A stretch of DNA of 28,319 nucleotides from an uncultured Lachnospiraceae bacterium (GCA_902773445.1 CACYEU010000094.1:1-28319); one strand, 5' to 3'. Shown: positions 1 through 7,999, numbered from the stretch's first letter. Numbers and translations: made by a program. The notes: generated by a model not told the origin, from the sequence alone.

Positions 1-758
1 ATCAGAACTGTGATGCCGGGATAACGCCAGTAGTCGATAAAGATCTCCTGCATCCAGACACCGATCGTATCGGCGATCGCGATCTTTTTGATCAGGCCCC
101 AGATGAAGCGCTGAATACCCCAGGCAAAACGCGTATATTCAAAATCATGTCCCTCGTACAGCTGTTCGGCAAGTACTCTGTAATTGCTGATCGGGCCCTG
201 CGTGATCTGCGGAAAGAATGATGTGAACAACAGCATTTTGAGCGGATTTTTCTGCGCCGGTGTCTTCTCCCAGTAGACATCGGCCAGATATCCTGTTGAT
301 ACAAAAGTGTAAAATGAAATACCGAGAGGCACCAGCAATTGCACAGAGGTGATCCTGCCGCCTTCGGACAGGAATCGGTTGATCTGTTCGATGATGAAAT
401 TCAGATACTTGAAATAGATCAGCAGACCGAAATTCAAGATCATCGCTGCTGCGACGATCAGTCTCTGCCTGCGCTGATCTCTGCGTTTGACGGCTTTTCT
501 CTGCTCGCGGTCAAACTCTTTTTTGTGCTCTTTGAGATAGGCTTTGGATCTGACCCGTAAGTTTTCCACCAGAATCGCGGCACCGTAGGTGGAGAATGCC
601 GTGACCGCCAGATAGATCAGGTTGACCGGTCCTGTCGCGGCATAAAAGATCAGACCGGCAGCCAGCAGAACGATCCAGCGGTTCTTCTTCGGAACCGCGA
701 AATACAGCCCTGTCGTAACGGCCAAAAAGATAAAAAACTGAAATCCGGTGATGCTCAA
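1..758 (-). CDS. MBOAT family O-acyltransferase (DltB/AlgI-like); 3' end runs off the window. Missing from the supplied ORF track.
   Basis: TTG start at 758 behind an AGGAG SD. Manual translation gives MSITGFQFFIFLAVTTGLYFAVPKKNRWIVLL..., then the MBOAT motifs VPLGISFYTF, FFPQITQGPI and WGLIKKIAIAD, with an open frame to the window edge. Confidence 0.9.
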   Translation of the reverse strand, partial: MSITGFQFFIFLAVTTGLYFAVPKKNRWIVLLAAGLIFYAATGPVNLIYLAVTAFSTYGAAILVENLRVRSKAYLKEHKKEFDREQRKAVKRRDQRRQRLIVAAAMILNFGLLIYFKYLNFIIEQINRFLSEGGRITSVQLLVPLGISFYTFVSTGYLADVYWEKTPAQKNPLKMLLFTSFFPQITQGPISNYRVLAEQLYEGHDFEYTRFAWGIQRFIWGLIKKIAIADTIGVWMQEIFIDYWRYPGITVL

Positions 759-768
759 CTAACGTCTC

Positions 769-999
769 CTACTCGTCTTCCAGGATCTCCTGAATCATCG
801 CCCACATTGCGCTCATACTGTTGAAGTTGACCGGTTCAAGGTATTTCGGCGATATATCGATATCGAACACATCTGAAATCTCGCTGATCAGCGTCACGAT
901 CTTCAGTGAATCATAGACCTTGCCGTCGATCAGCTGGTCTTCGGTGTCATAGTCGATCGTCGGATCGATGTCTTCCAGAATCTCTCTAAGTTCTTCCAT
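769..999 (-). CDS. Acyl/aminoacyl carrier protein (DltC-like), 76 aa
   Basis: Acidic small protein with the phosphopantetheine motif YDSL (Ser31). The ATG at 999 follows AAGGAA. The track's start at 1083 overlaps the upstream gene and is unlikely. Confidence 0.88.
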   Translation of the reverse strand: MEELREILEDIDPTIDYDTEDQLIDGKVYDSLKIVTLISEISDVFDIDISPKYLEPVNFNSMSAMWAMIQEILEDE

Positions 1000-1001
1000 T
1001 C

Positions 1002-2537
1002 TCAAAATTCCTTTTTTAATGCCATCCTGTCGATCTTGCCGTTCGCATTCAATGGCAGAGTCTCTCTGATAATCACATTCCACGGCATCATATACGGTGC
1101 AAGCTTTTCTCTGAGCGATCCGAGCACCGACCGCGCAAACTCCTTTTCGTTTTCCGGCATGCTGACCGGCGCGGCGAACAATACGATCCTCTCGCGCGAC
1201 TCATTGTACAGGCAGCAGCACTGGTCGATTTCCGGCAGAGATGAAGCGACCGTCTCGATCTCCCCTAGTTCGATCCTGTGTCCCATGTGTTTGATCTGGC
1301 TGTCGGAGCGCGAAGCAAAAACCAGATTGCCGGACTCATCATAGCGGGCGAGATCACCGGTTTTCAGATGAACTCCGTCACCGGTGTTGATAAATGCCGC
1401 GGCTGTCTTGACCGGATCATGCCAATAGCCGGTTGCAAGAGCCGGACTTTGAATATAGATCTCACCGGTTTTATGCGGTACGGCGATCTTCGGCGGCAAA
1501 GGTCCGGTGTCGGCTGCAGTCTTTCTGCCGGACGTCTCCCGAAGCGTTACTGTCGAATTGCATAGCGGTTTTCCGATCGGAAGCTCATCATCTTCCTGCA
1601 GATCCCTGACTTCATACCAACAGGCAATACCTGACTGTTCGCTCGCGCCGTAAAGATTGACAAACCGGGCGCCGGGCACGGCGCTGGTCCACGCGCGCAG
1701 TGTCTTTGTACGGCAGGCCTCACCGACAAAAAAGACATTATTAAGATACTTCGGTCTTACTTTGTCGAATGTCTTAAGCTTCGCGACGACCGTCAGTGCT
1801 GAAGGGACCCATGAGATAAAGTTCACGCCCCGTTCATTTAAGTGATCGATCAGTTTCGGCCCGAACATGAACAGTTCCGATGGAATGATCTCGAGAGTGC
1901 CGCCGGTTGCCAGCGCAAGATAAATATCTTTTGCCGATGCGTCAAAATGAAACGGTGACTGATTGCCGATGACCAGGCTGTCATCAAACTCAAAAGTCTT
2001 TATATAAGCCTCAATGAAACTGATATAAGCACCATGTGTCTTGACGACGCCTTTCGGTTCTCCTGTCGAGCCCGATGTGTAGACCAGATACAGCAGCTGA
2101 TCATCACCGGCAGGTTCTGCCAGCTCCGGCATTGTCACGGATCCATCCGGCGCATCTGCCGGAATCTGATCCGCAGCAATGAATCCTGTGCCGGAAAACC
2201 CTGCGATACTTTGTTCGCCCTCACGCCCGAGTATCAGGCTCATACCGGTGTCAGCGATGATCGCCTTGAGCTTCTGCCCGGGAAGTGACGGATCCAGAGG
2301 GACATAGGCGGCTCCGGCATACAATACGCCTAAGAACATCGCGACCGTCAATGCATCTCTTCCGGTCGATACACCGATCAGCCCGGTACCGTCATTTTCC
2401 CTTTTGATCTGCGCACAGATACCGAGAGCTGTCTCTTTCAGCTCGCGGTATGAATAGGCGTGACGTATATCCGCCACAGCCTTCCGGTCCGGGAAAGCTG
2501 TGGCGTTATGTTCAAGATACTCAAGTATATTTTTCAT
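1002..2537 (-). CDS. Stand-alone amino acid adenylation enzyme (DltA-like AMP-binding protein)
   Basis: Core motifs YTSGSTGEPKG (A3), FDAS (A4), NLYGASE (A5), KTGDL (A7), GHRIELGEIE (A8) and NANGKIDR (A10). Likely start is MKNILEY at 2537. Confidence 0.92.
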   Translation of the reverse strand: MKNILEYLEHNATAFPDRKAVADIRHAYSYRELKETALGICAQIKRENDGTGLIGVSTGRDALTVAMFLGVLYAGAAYVPLDPSLPGQKLKAIIADTGMSLILGREGEQSIAGFSGTGFIAADQIPADAPDGSVTMPELAEPAGDDQLLYLVYTSGSTGEPKGVVKTHGAYISFIEAYIKTFEFDDSLVIGNQSPFHFDASAKDIYLALATGGTLEIIPSELFMFGPKLIDHLNERGVNFISWVPSALTVVAKLKTFDKVRPKYLNNVFFVGEACRTKTLRAWTSAVPGARFVNLYGASEQSGIACWYEVRDLQEDDELPIGKPLCNSTVTLRETSGRKTAADTGPLPPKIAVPHKTGEIYIQSPALATGYWHDPVKTAAAFINTGDGVHLKTGDLARYDESGNLVFASRSDSQIKHMGHRIELGEIETVASSLPEIDQCCCLYNESRERIVLFAAPVSMPENEKEFARSVLGSLREKLAPYMMPWNVIIRETLPLNANGKIDRMALKKEF

Positions 2538-2543
2538 TACCAA

Positions 2544-4184
2544 TTACACATAGATATAGATCGTCGATCCTGTCGGTACATTGTTCTGCAGCCAAAGGGC
2601 GTTTTCTTTCTGCAGCCTGACACATCCGTGTGAAACGCCGGCTCCGAGCTGGCGGCCGCCGAACGGAACACCGTTGTGATGACAGAGGATCGAATGGAAG
2701 AAATACGATCCGGTGATCTGTGTATAGTAGAAACATCTGAATTCCGGACCCGAATCGAAATAGTAACCTTTCGATCCGACCCTGAACACGCCGACCGGTG
2801 TCGGTGTGACCGGACGTCCGTCTCCGCAGAGCCAGTACTTGACCATTGTCCAATTGCCCTTGCTGCCTCTGAAAATCGCTGCTCTGTGTGTCGCTTTATC
2901 GACCAGGATCAGCCATCCTGTCGGACTCGACATACCGTTGGCATGAACAAGCAGACGGCTTCTGTTGCGGTCAAGAGACATGTTGAATTTGTCTGACCTG
3001 ACCTTTTTGCCGTCGACATATGTATGGACATTAAAGACGCCGCCGTGCTCGTGATACAGGCCGTCAACGCTGACCTGGAAATGATTGGCGCCGATGTTCT
3101 TGGCCGTATACCATCTGATATCATCCTGGCCGCCGGTGTTGCTCCATACCGGGAACTGAACCTTTGATCCCTTCGCACCATTGACGTTGGCGTTCAGGAT
3201 CGTGATCGCATAACGCGAATTGTCAGCCTTAAGCTTTGTGAAATAGATATAGTTGTCAGGGCTGATCTTGACCGTCTTTCTTCCGACACAGGCCTTGATA
3301 CCGTTTCCCATCGTCACATACACATGGACATTGTATGTTCCCCAATGCCGCTTATGATTCTCTACCTGAGCAAAGACCGAGTAGGCGTCTTCCTTGCGCT
3401 TGACGCCCTTGTACCAGTGAAGATCGTTCTGATCACTGTCGCGCCATGCAGCGAAATCAACTCTTGTAATGCCTGACGGTGCCTTTAATCCGCTTCCGAT
3501 CATTCCGAACCGGCCAAGCTGTCCGCTGACATTGTTGATCGTCAGATTACCCGTCGGGGCCGTTACATTGAATGTTGTCTTCCCGAGATATTTGAGCGTG
3601 CCGTCAGTTAACTGCGCATAAGTGTGAACCTGATATAATCCTGGTGATTTATGATTCTTGATCTGAACTCTGACTGCATAGGTCCCCTTATCAGCTGTCT
3701 GATCAGTATACCACTTGATGTCATCCTGGCCCTTTGCGTCCGACCATACCGCGAAGCGCATCTGCTTGATGCCGTCCGCGCATTCGACCTTGCTGACATA
3801 GGCCACGAAAGACATCTCGTTGTCTGTGCTCTCATGGACATCGATCTTGTCAAAAGTGACTGTGCCGGGTGATGCCATCGCTGTTACAGATGCATCGTCT
3901 TCGGAAGCCTGTTCTTCTGACTGAGCCTGTTCATCTGCAGTTTCTTCCTGCACATCTTCCTCTTCGGAAGCATCTGCTTCCTCAGAAACAGCCTGTTCAT
4001 CAGAGGCGGCATCCTCTCCGGTATCGCTGAGAAACTCATCGTCCTGTCCGATCTGCTCAGCTGCATTGTCCTGTGGATTAAGATCCTCGGCAAATGCGGC
4101 TGCAACAGGCAGATCAGCAAGGCTTAAGCAAAGCATCAAAGCCATCAAAAATGCCATCAGTTTGTTCATCGTTTTCTTCATCAT
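2544..4184 (-). CDS. Secreted protein: signal peptide, acidic linker, three GBS Bsp-like repeats and a C-terminal L,D-transpeptidase (YkuD) domain
   Basis: N-terminal MKKTMNKLMAFLMALMLCLSLA...AAAFA and a D/E/A/Q-rich segment. Repeats WSDAKGQDDIKWY, WRDSDQNDLHWY and WSNTGGQDDIRWY. Catalytic-type motif FHS...SHGCVRL. Confidence 0.85.
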   Translation of the reverse strand: MMKKTMNKLMAFLMALMLCLSLADLPVAAAFAEDLNPQDNAAEQIGQDDEFLSDTGEDAASDEQAVSEEADASEEEDVQEETADEQAQSEEQASEDDASVTAMASPGTVTFDKIDVHESTDNEMSFVAYVSKVECADGIKQMRFAVWSDAKGQDDIKWYTDQTADKGTYAVRVQIKNHKSPGLYQVHTYAQLTDGTLKYLGKTTFNVTAPTGNLTINNVSGQLGRFGMIGSGLKAPSGITRVDFAAWRDSDQNDLHWYKGVKRKEDAYSVFAQVENHKRHWGTYNVHVYVTMGNGIKACVGRKTVKISPDNYIYFTKLKADNSRYAITILNANVNGAKGSKVQFPVWSNTGGQDDIRWYTAKNIGANHFQVSVDGLYHEHGGVFNVHTYVDGKKVRSDKFNMSLDRNRSRLLVHANGMSSPTGWLILVDKATHRAAIFRGSKGNWTMVKYWLCGDGRPVTPTPVGVFRVGSKGYYFDSGPEFRCFYYTQITGSYFFHSILCHHNGVPFGGRQLGAGVSHGCVRLQKENALWLQNNVPTGSTIYIYV

Positions 4185-4242
4185 CTTCCACCCTCTTCTT
4201 TGAAAGTTCAGATATTGATCAATCTGTGTATAATCAAAATTT

Positions 4243-4272
4243 ATTCTATCATAAGATGATATCCAGCCGCAA
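4243..4272 (-). promoter_or_regulatory. Putative sigma-A promoter for the YkuD-adenylation-ACP-MBOAT unit
   Basis: Minus strand TTGCGG-N18-TAGAAT with an extended -10 (TG-A-TAGAAT). Confidence 0.5.
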
Positions 4273-4275
4273 GTT

Positions 4276-4318
4276 AAAACCGCTGAACAAAGAGTTGTAT
4301 AAACTCAACGTTCAGCGG
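4276..4318 (-). terminator. Rho-independent terminator closing the double-cubane operon
   Basis: Stem CCGCTGAAC/GTTCAGCGG (4280-4288 with 4310-4318) with an inner GAGTT/AACTC stem, followed by TTTT on the minus strand. Confidence 0.75.
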
Positions 4319-4356
4319 CGGTGTTTTCGTCCGGTTATATTGTTGTTCCGGTAAAC

Positions 4357-5535
4357 CTAATTGGTCTGCGCCAGTTCACGGACTGCCGCAATGGCGCTGT
4401 CGACCTCTTCCTCTGTATTGAAATATGAGAAGGAAAAGCGCACAGCACCGCGGTCCGTCGTGCCGAGTGCTTCGTGCATACGCGGGGCGCAGTGCGCTCC
4501 TGCCCTTGTCGCGATATCATAATCCATTGCCAGAATGTCGGCGACTTCCGCTGAGTCGTAATCGCGGACATTGACCGCCACGATTGCGCCGCGTGCTTTC
4601 CAAGGGTCGCCGGCACACTGCCGAGGACCGTCCTCCTGTCCGAAATCACCGTAGACAGTTACGCCCTCTGTTTCCCGCATCGCCTCATAAAACCTGCGGG
4701 CAAGGTTTGCCTCATGTTCATGGATCGCCCCGACTCCGACACGGTTGATATAGTCAATTGCTGTGGAAAGTCCAGCGATCCCGTGCGCGTTCATTGTTCC
4801 GGCTTCGAGTCTCACCGGCATCTCAACCGGCTGTGTCTTCAGATAACTCTGAACTCCGGTTCCGCCGACTTTAAACGGTCTGACCGATATGCCGGGCATC
4901 ACGCAGATTCCTCCTGTGCCCTGCGGTCCGTAAAGACCTTTATGCCCGGTAAAACAGAGTACATCGATCTTATCGCGCTCCATATCGATCGGGATCGATC
5001 CGGCGCTCTGTGCGGCATCAACAATATAGAGCAGACCATGTTTGTGCGCGATCTGTCCGATCCTTGCAACATCAAGTCCGTTACCGGTCAGATTCGAGAC
5101 ATGCGTCGTCACGATCGCCTTGGTGTCCTTCCTGATCAGATTCTCCATTTCGCTGTAATTGATACGCCCGCAGTTGTCGGCGCGCGCAAATGAAAGGGAC
5201 ACGCCTCTTTCATTCTCCAGCCTGTACAGCGGCCGCAGCACCGAATTGTGCTCGAGATCCGTCGTGATCACATGATCTCCTTCATCGATCAGACCGTTGA
5301 TCACAATATTCAGGCTCTCCGTGACATTTGAAGTAAATACAACGCCGGTCTCGTCAGGACAGCCGAAAAAACGGGCTGTCTTAAGCCGCGCTTCATAGAT
5401 CGTCCGCGCGGCGTCAAGGCTTCCGCCGTGAACACCTCTTGCACTGTTGCCGATCGTGTGCATGGCTGTACAGACGGCGTCGATCACGCAGTCCGGCTTG
5501 TGAAGTGTTGTTGCTGCATTATCCAGATAAATCAT
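4357..5535 (-). CDS. Class V PLP aminotransferase, cysteine desulfurase/selenocysteine lyase family (group II-like; resembles the EF2568-type subfamily)
   Basis: MIYLDNAATT, DAAQSAG, PLP lysine in FTGHKGLYGP, catalytic Cys in TRAGAHCAP. Confidence 0.88.
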   Translation of the reverse strand: MIYLDNAATTLHKPDCVIDAVCTAMHTIGNSARGVHGGSLDAARTIYEARLKTARFFGCPDETGVVFTSNVTESLNIVINGLIDEGDHVITTDLEHNSVLRPLYRLENERGVSLSFARADNCGRINYSEMENLIRKDTKAIVTTHVSNLTGNGLDVARIGQIAHKHGLLYIVDAAQSAGSIPIDMERDKIDVLCFTGHKGLYGPQGTGGICVMPGISVRPFKVGGTGVQSYLKTQPVEMPVRLEAGTMNAHGIAGLSTAIDYINRVGVGAIHEHEANLARRFYEAMRETEGVTVYGDFGQEDGPRQCAGDPWKARGAIVAVNVRDYDSAEVADILAMDYDIATRAGAHCAPRMHEALGTTDRGAVRFSFSYFNTEEEVDSAIAAVRELAQTN

Positions 5536-5539
5536 AGTG

Positions 5540-6310
5540 TTACCTTTTTATCTTTTTTGCAAATGTTGCTGCTCCGATCGCGCCTGCATATCGGGCATCG
5601 GGATTTGTCTCGACCTCAGTTCCGAGTTCTTTTGACAGCGCTTTGCGAATGTATTCGCTGTCACAGAGTCCTCCTGTCAGCACGACCGGCTGCGCGCTCA
5701 TATTGACTCTGCCTGCCTGGGAACTGACTTTGCGGACGATTGAATCGACGACAGCGAACGCGATATTCTCTTTCGATTCACCTCTTCCGATCAGGCTGAT
5801 GACCTCTGACTCGGCAAAGACTGTGCACATCGACGAGATCGATGTATCGCTGCCGTTCGCCGCGAGCGCGGTCAGCTGATCAGGCGACACTGATAATGTA
5901 TTGGCCATGACTTCAAGGAAACGGCCGGTTCCCGCAGAACACTTATCATTCATCCAGAAGTTTCTGACCATGCCGCCGGCGACTTCGATGATCTTAGTAT
6001 CCTGACCTCCGATGTCTACGACTACCATATCACGATAACCGAATAATTCAATAGCCCCTGCGCAATGGCAGGTGATCTCCGTGATCGTTTTGTCAGCATA
6101 CGGAATCGAAACACGGCCGTATCCTGTCGCAACACAAGGATCCTCTCCGATCACATGGCCTGCATCGGCAAGCCTGACCCTGATATCATTGGCCGTGTCA
6201 ACACTGCTCCATCCGGTCGGGCAGACATCTTTGTAAACGATTGCTGAATTCTCATCGATGACGATCGTCTTAGCGCAGGTCGATCCGATGTCGATTCCGA
6301 TAAATCCCAT
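5540..6310 (-). CDS. ATP-dependent electron-transfer activase (BadF/BadG/HgdC family; DCCP reductase-like)
   Basis: ASKHA ATP motifs GIDIGST and VDIGGQD; [4Fe-4S] cysteines in NDKCSAGTG and SSMCTVFAESE. Confidence 0.92.
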   Translation of the reverse strand: MGFIGIDIGSTCAKTIVIDENSAIVYKDVCPTGWSSVDTANDIRVRLADAGHVIGEDPCVATGYGRVSIPYADKTITEITCHCAGAIELFGYRDMVVVDIGGQDTKIIEVAGGMVRNFWMNDKCSAGTGRFLEVMANTLSVSPDQLTALAANGSDTSISSMCTVFAESEVISLIGRGESKENIAFAVVDSIVRKVSSQAGRVNMSAQPVVLTGGLCDSEYIRKALSKELGTEVETNPDARYAGAIGAATFAKKIKR

Positions 6311-6335
6311 AGTATTTCTCCTGTCTACAGTAAAG

Positions 6336-6365
6336 CGGGCTGCCCCTCATCAGACGGACAGCCCG
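6336..6365 (-). other. Intra-operon GC-rich stem-loop between DUF3343 and the activase
   Basis: Minus strand CGGGCTGTCC-gtctgatgag-GGGCAGCCCG, 10 bp with one G.U pair, followed only by CTTTA. Confidence 0.6.
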
Positions 6366-6370
6366 TAAAA

Positions 6371-6646
6371 CTAACAGTACCGGTCGCGGTGTGGATTGAT
6401 CTGACCTTCCAGTGAGCGGACCGCGTGATAACGCGGCTTTTTTTCCTCGAGGACGCGCCTGACATCCCCGATATTCTCAGGTTCGATCATCAATGACATA
6501 CCGCAGGTCAATTCGCCCTGGATCGCGCGCGGCGCAGGAGCGATCCTGCTCGGGATCCCCTCTTCTTTCAAGAGCGCCTGCATCGCAAATCCGTGCGTAT
6601 TGGTGTCAAATAATATGTAGTATTTAAGATTATTCTTTTCCGGCAT
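6371..6646 (-). CDS. DUF3343 / putative Se/S carrier-like protein
   Basis: 91 aa with the family pattern YYILFDTNTHG...PAPRAI...TCGMSL. The start overlaps the upstream stop (TAATG). Ends in a C-terminal Cys. Confidence 0.75.
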   Translation of the reverse strand: MPEKNNLKYYILFDTNTHGFAMQALLKEEGIPSRIAPAPRAIQGELTCGMSLMIEPENIGDVRRVLEEKKPRYHAVRSLEGQINPHRDRYC

Positions 6647-7917
6647 TATCCGAGCATTTCAACAAACGCTTCGATACGTGTACGCAGCTGTTCCGCATCA
6701 GAATCCGCGTAGTCGGTCTCGATACCGAGAACCGGGATACCCGCCTCATTCAGAGCGCGCTCAACGTTGCGTCTCTCTGTGTCATACAGGCAGCAGAACT
6801 TCAGGTTTGTATCGATCACGCCGTCAACATTGTATTCCTTAGCAAGGCGGACAATATCATCGATGCGGGCATCGTTCGGGGTGAAGCATGCGCAGTTGTT
6901 CTTCATATAACGCTTGGACAGTGCCATGTACTGCTCATCGAGGCTGCCGAGGTCTTCTTCGACAAGATTCTCGAAATAGCGTGTGCCGGTGCACATCTCT
7001 TCACAGACAACCGCTGCACCGCTCGTCTCAATAATATGATGAAGCTTCCAGTTCGGAATTGCAAGCGGTGTACCGGTGAGCATGATTCTCTTTGTACCGG
7101 CCGGGAAGACCGAAACGCCGTCTTTGACTCTCTGCTCGCACTCGTCTGCAAGTTTGTTGGCCATCTCGGCGCAGCGTGCCGGATCGTCGAAGAACGCGAT
7201 CTGCATCACGAGAAGGGCATCCTTGCCGCTGATCGGGATCACGTCGCTCTTGCGTGTCTCATAAATGCGTGCGAGAGCTTTTCTCTTCTCGTTGATCGTA
7301 TGGATCGCCTCGTTGAGCTTCTCAACTGTGATCTTATTGCCGGTGAATTCCTCGACCTTTGCCGCAAAATCCTTGATCTCCTCAGCCCACTTCACGATGT
7401 CCTTCTCACGCTTCATCTGCGGAAGGTCCATGATATACATCGGAACATCTTCGCCGAGGATCTCATAAGCTTTTTTCTTTCCGTCGCAGGTCGTCTCACC
7501 GACATACATATCGGCGATTCTGAAGAACGGGCATGTTCTGTCGAGACGCGCGCCGACTGATGCTTTGATCAGCGGGCAGGTGCTCTTCGGAAGCACTTTC
7601 TCGCCGCCCTCTACCCAGAACTGAGAGCCGCCGCAAAGGCCGCTGACGATTCCGTCGGCCGCGATGACGACTTCATCGGGTACATAGACGCAGAAAGTAC
7701 CGAAAACTTTCCGGCCGTTCTTCTGAGCCTCGATCAGCTCTGACGGACGGATACCGTGGATATCAGCTACGACAAAGTCATAGAATCCCATGCCTTCCGG
7801 GCGGTTTTCCTGTGACAGATAAACATCTCCGAACGCTGTCGGAAGCACCTGGCAAAGGGCGTCATGCTTGTCAACATCCATGCCGAGATCAGTCCACATT
7901 TGTAAATTGTCAGCCAT
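6646..7917 (-). CDS. Double-cubane-cluster-containing anaerobic reductase (DCCP; 2-hydroxyacyl-CoA dehydratase superfamily)
   Basis: The N-terminal W..LG.D..KHD...NRP..M.F.D.VV.DIHGIR segment, the Cys motifs GTFCVYVP, GLCGG, TCPLIK, GETTCDGKKK, EEMC, NCACFTPN and KFC, and the C-terminal QLRTRIEAFVEM match my recollection of Carboxydothermus DCCP. AAGGAGG SD. Confidence 0.85.
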   Translation of the reverse strand: MADNLQMWTDLGMDVDKHDALCQVLPTAFGDVYLSQENRPEGMGFYDFVVADIHGIRPSELIEAQKNGRKVFGTFCVYVPDEVVIAADGIVSGLCGGSQFWVEGGEKVLPKSTCPLIKASVGARLDRTCPFFRIADMYVGETTCDGKKKAYEILGEDVPMYIMDLPQMKREKDIVKWAEEIKDFAAKVEEFTGNKITVEKLNEAIHTINEKRKALARIYETRKSDVIPISGKDALLVMQIAFFDDPARCAEMANKLADECEQRVKDGVSVFPAGTKRIMLTGTPLAIPNWKLHHIIETSGAAVVCEEMCTGTRYFENLVEEDLGSLDEQYMALSKRYMKNNCACFTPNDARIDDIVRLAKEYNVDGVIDTNLKFCCLYDTERRNVERALNEAGIPVLGIETDYADSDAEQLRTRIEAFVEMLG

Positions 7918-7970
7918 ATTTTTCCTCCTTGATTACCGTTAGCGAGTTTTACGTAAAAACAACTAAAAAT

Positions 7971-7999
7971 ATTCTACATGGCATATCAAGCCCGCGCAA
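7971..7999 (-). promoter_or_regulatory. Putative sigma-A promoter of the DCCP operon
   Basis: Minus strand TTGCGC-N17-TAGAAT, about 54 nt upstream of the ATG at 7917. Confidence 0.6.

Noticed and set aside
769-1083. Longer starts in the ORF track (ACP 1083, GT2 19456, nucleotidyltransferase 27381) and the internal start of cdaR (28243)
   Set aside because: The first three overlap upstream genes and have better SD-supported ATGs downstream; the cdaR frame is open to the window edge.
769-2537. NRPS secondary-metabolite cluster
   Set aside because: No condensation or thioesterase domain; the MBOAT partner points to envelope acylation.
4214-4223. FNR-like TTGAT/ATCAA
   Set aside because: The half-sites overlap instead of having the required 4-nt spacer.
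6344-6356. CUGAUGA in the hairpin loop on the minus strand, resembling a hammerhead ribozyme core
   Set aside because: No stem II followed by GAAA and no three-way junction.
4357-7917. Selenocysteine recoding in the Se/S-associated operon
   Set aside because: All four frames are uninterrupted and end in TAG or TAA; no in-frame TGA to recode.
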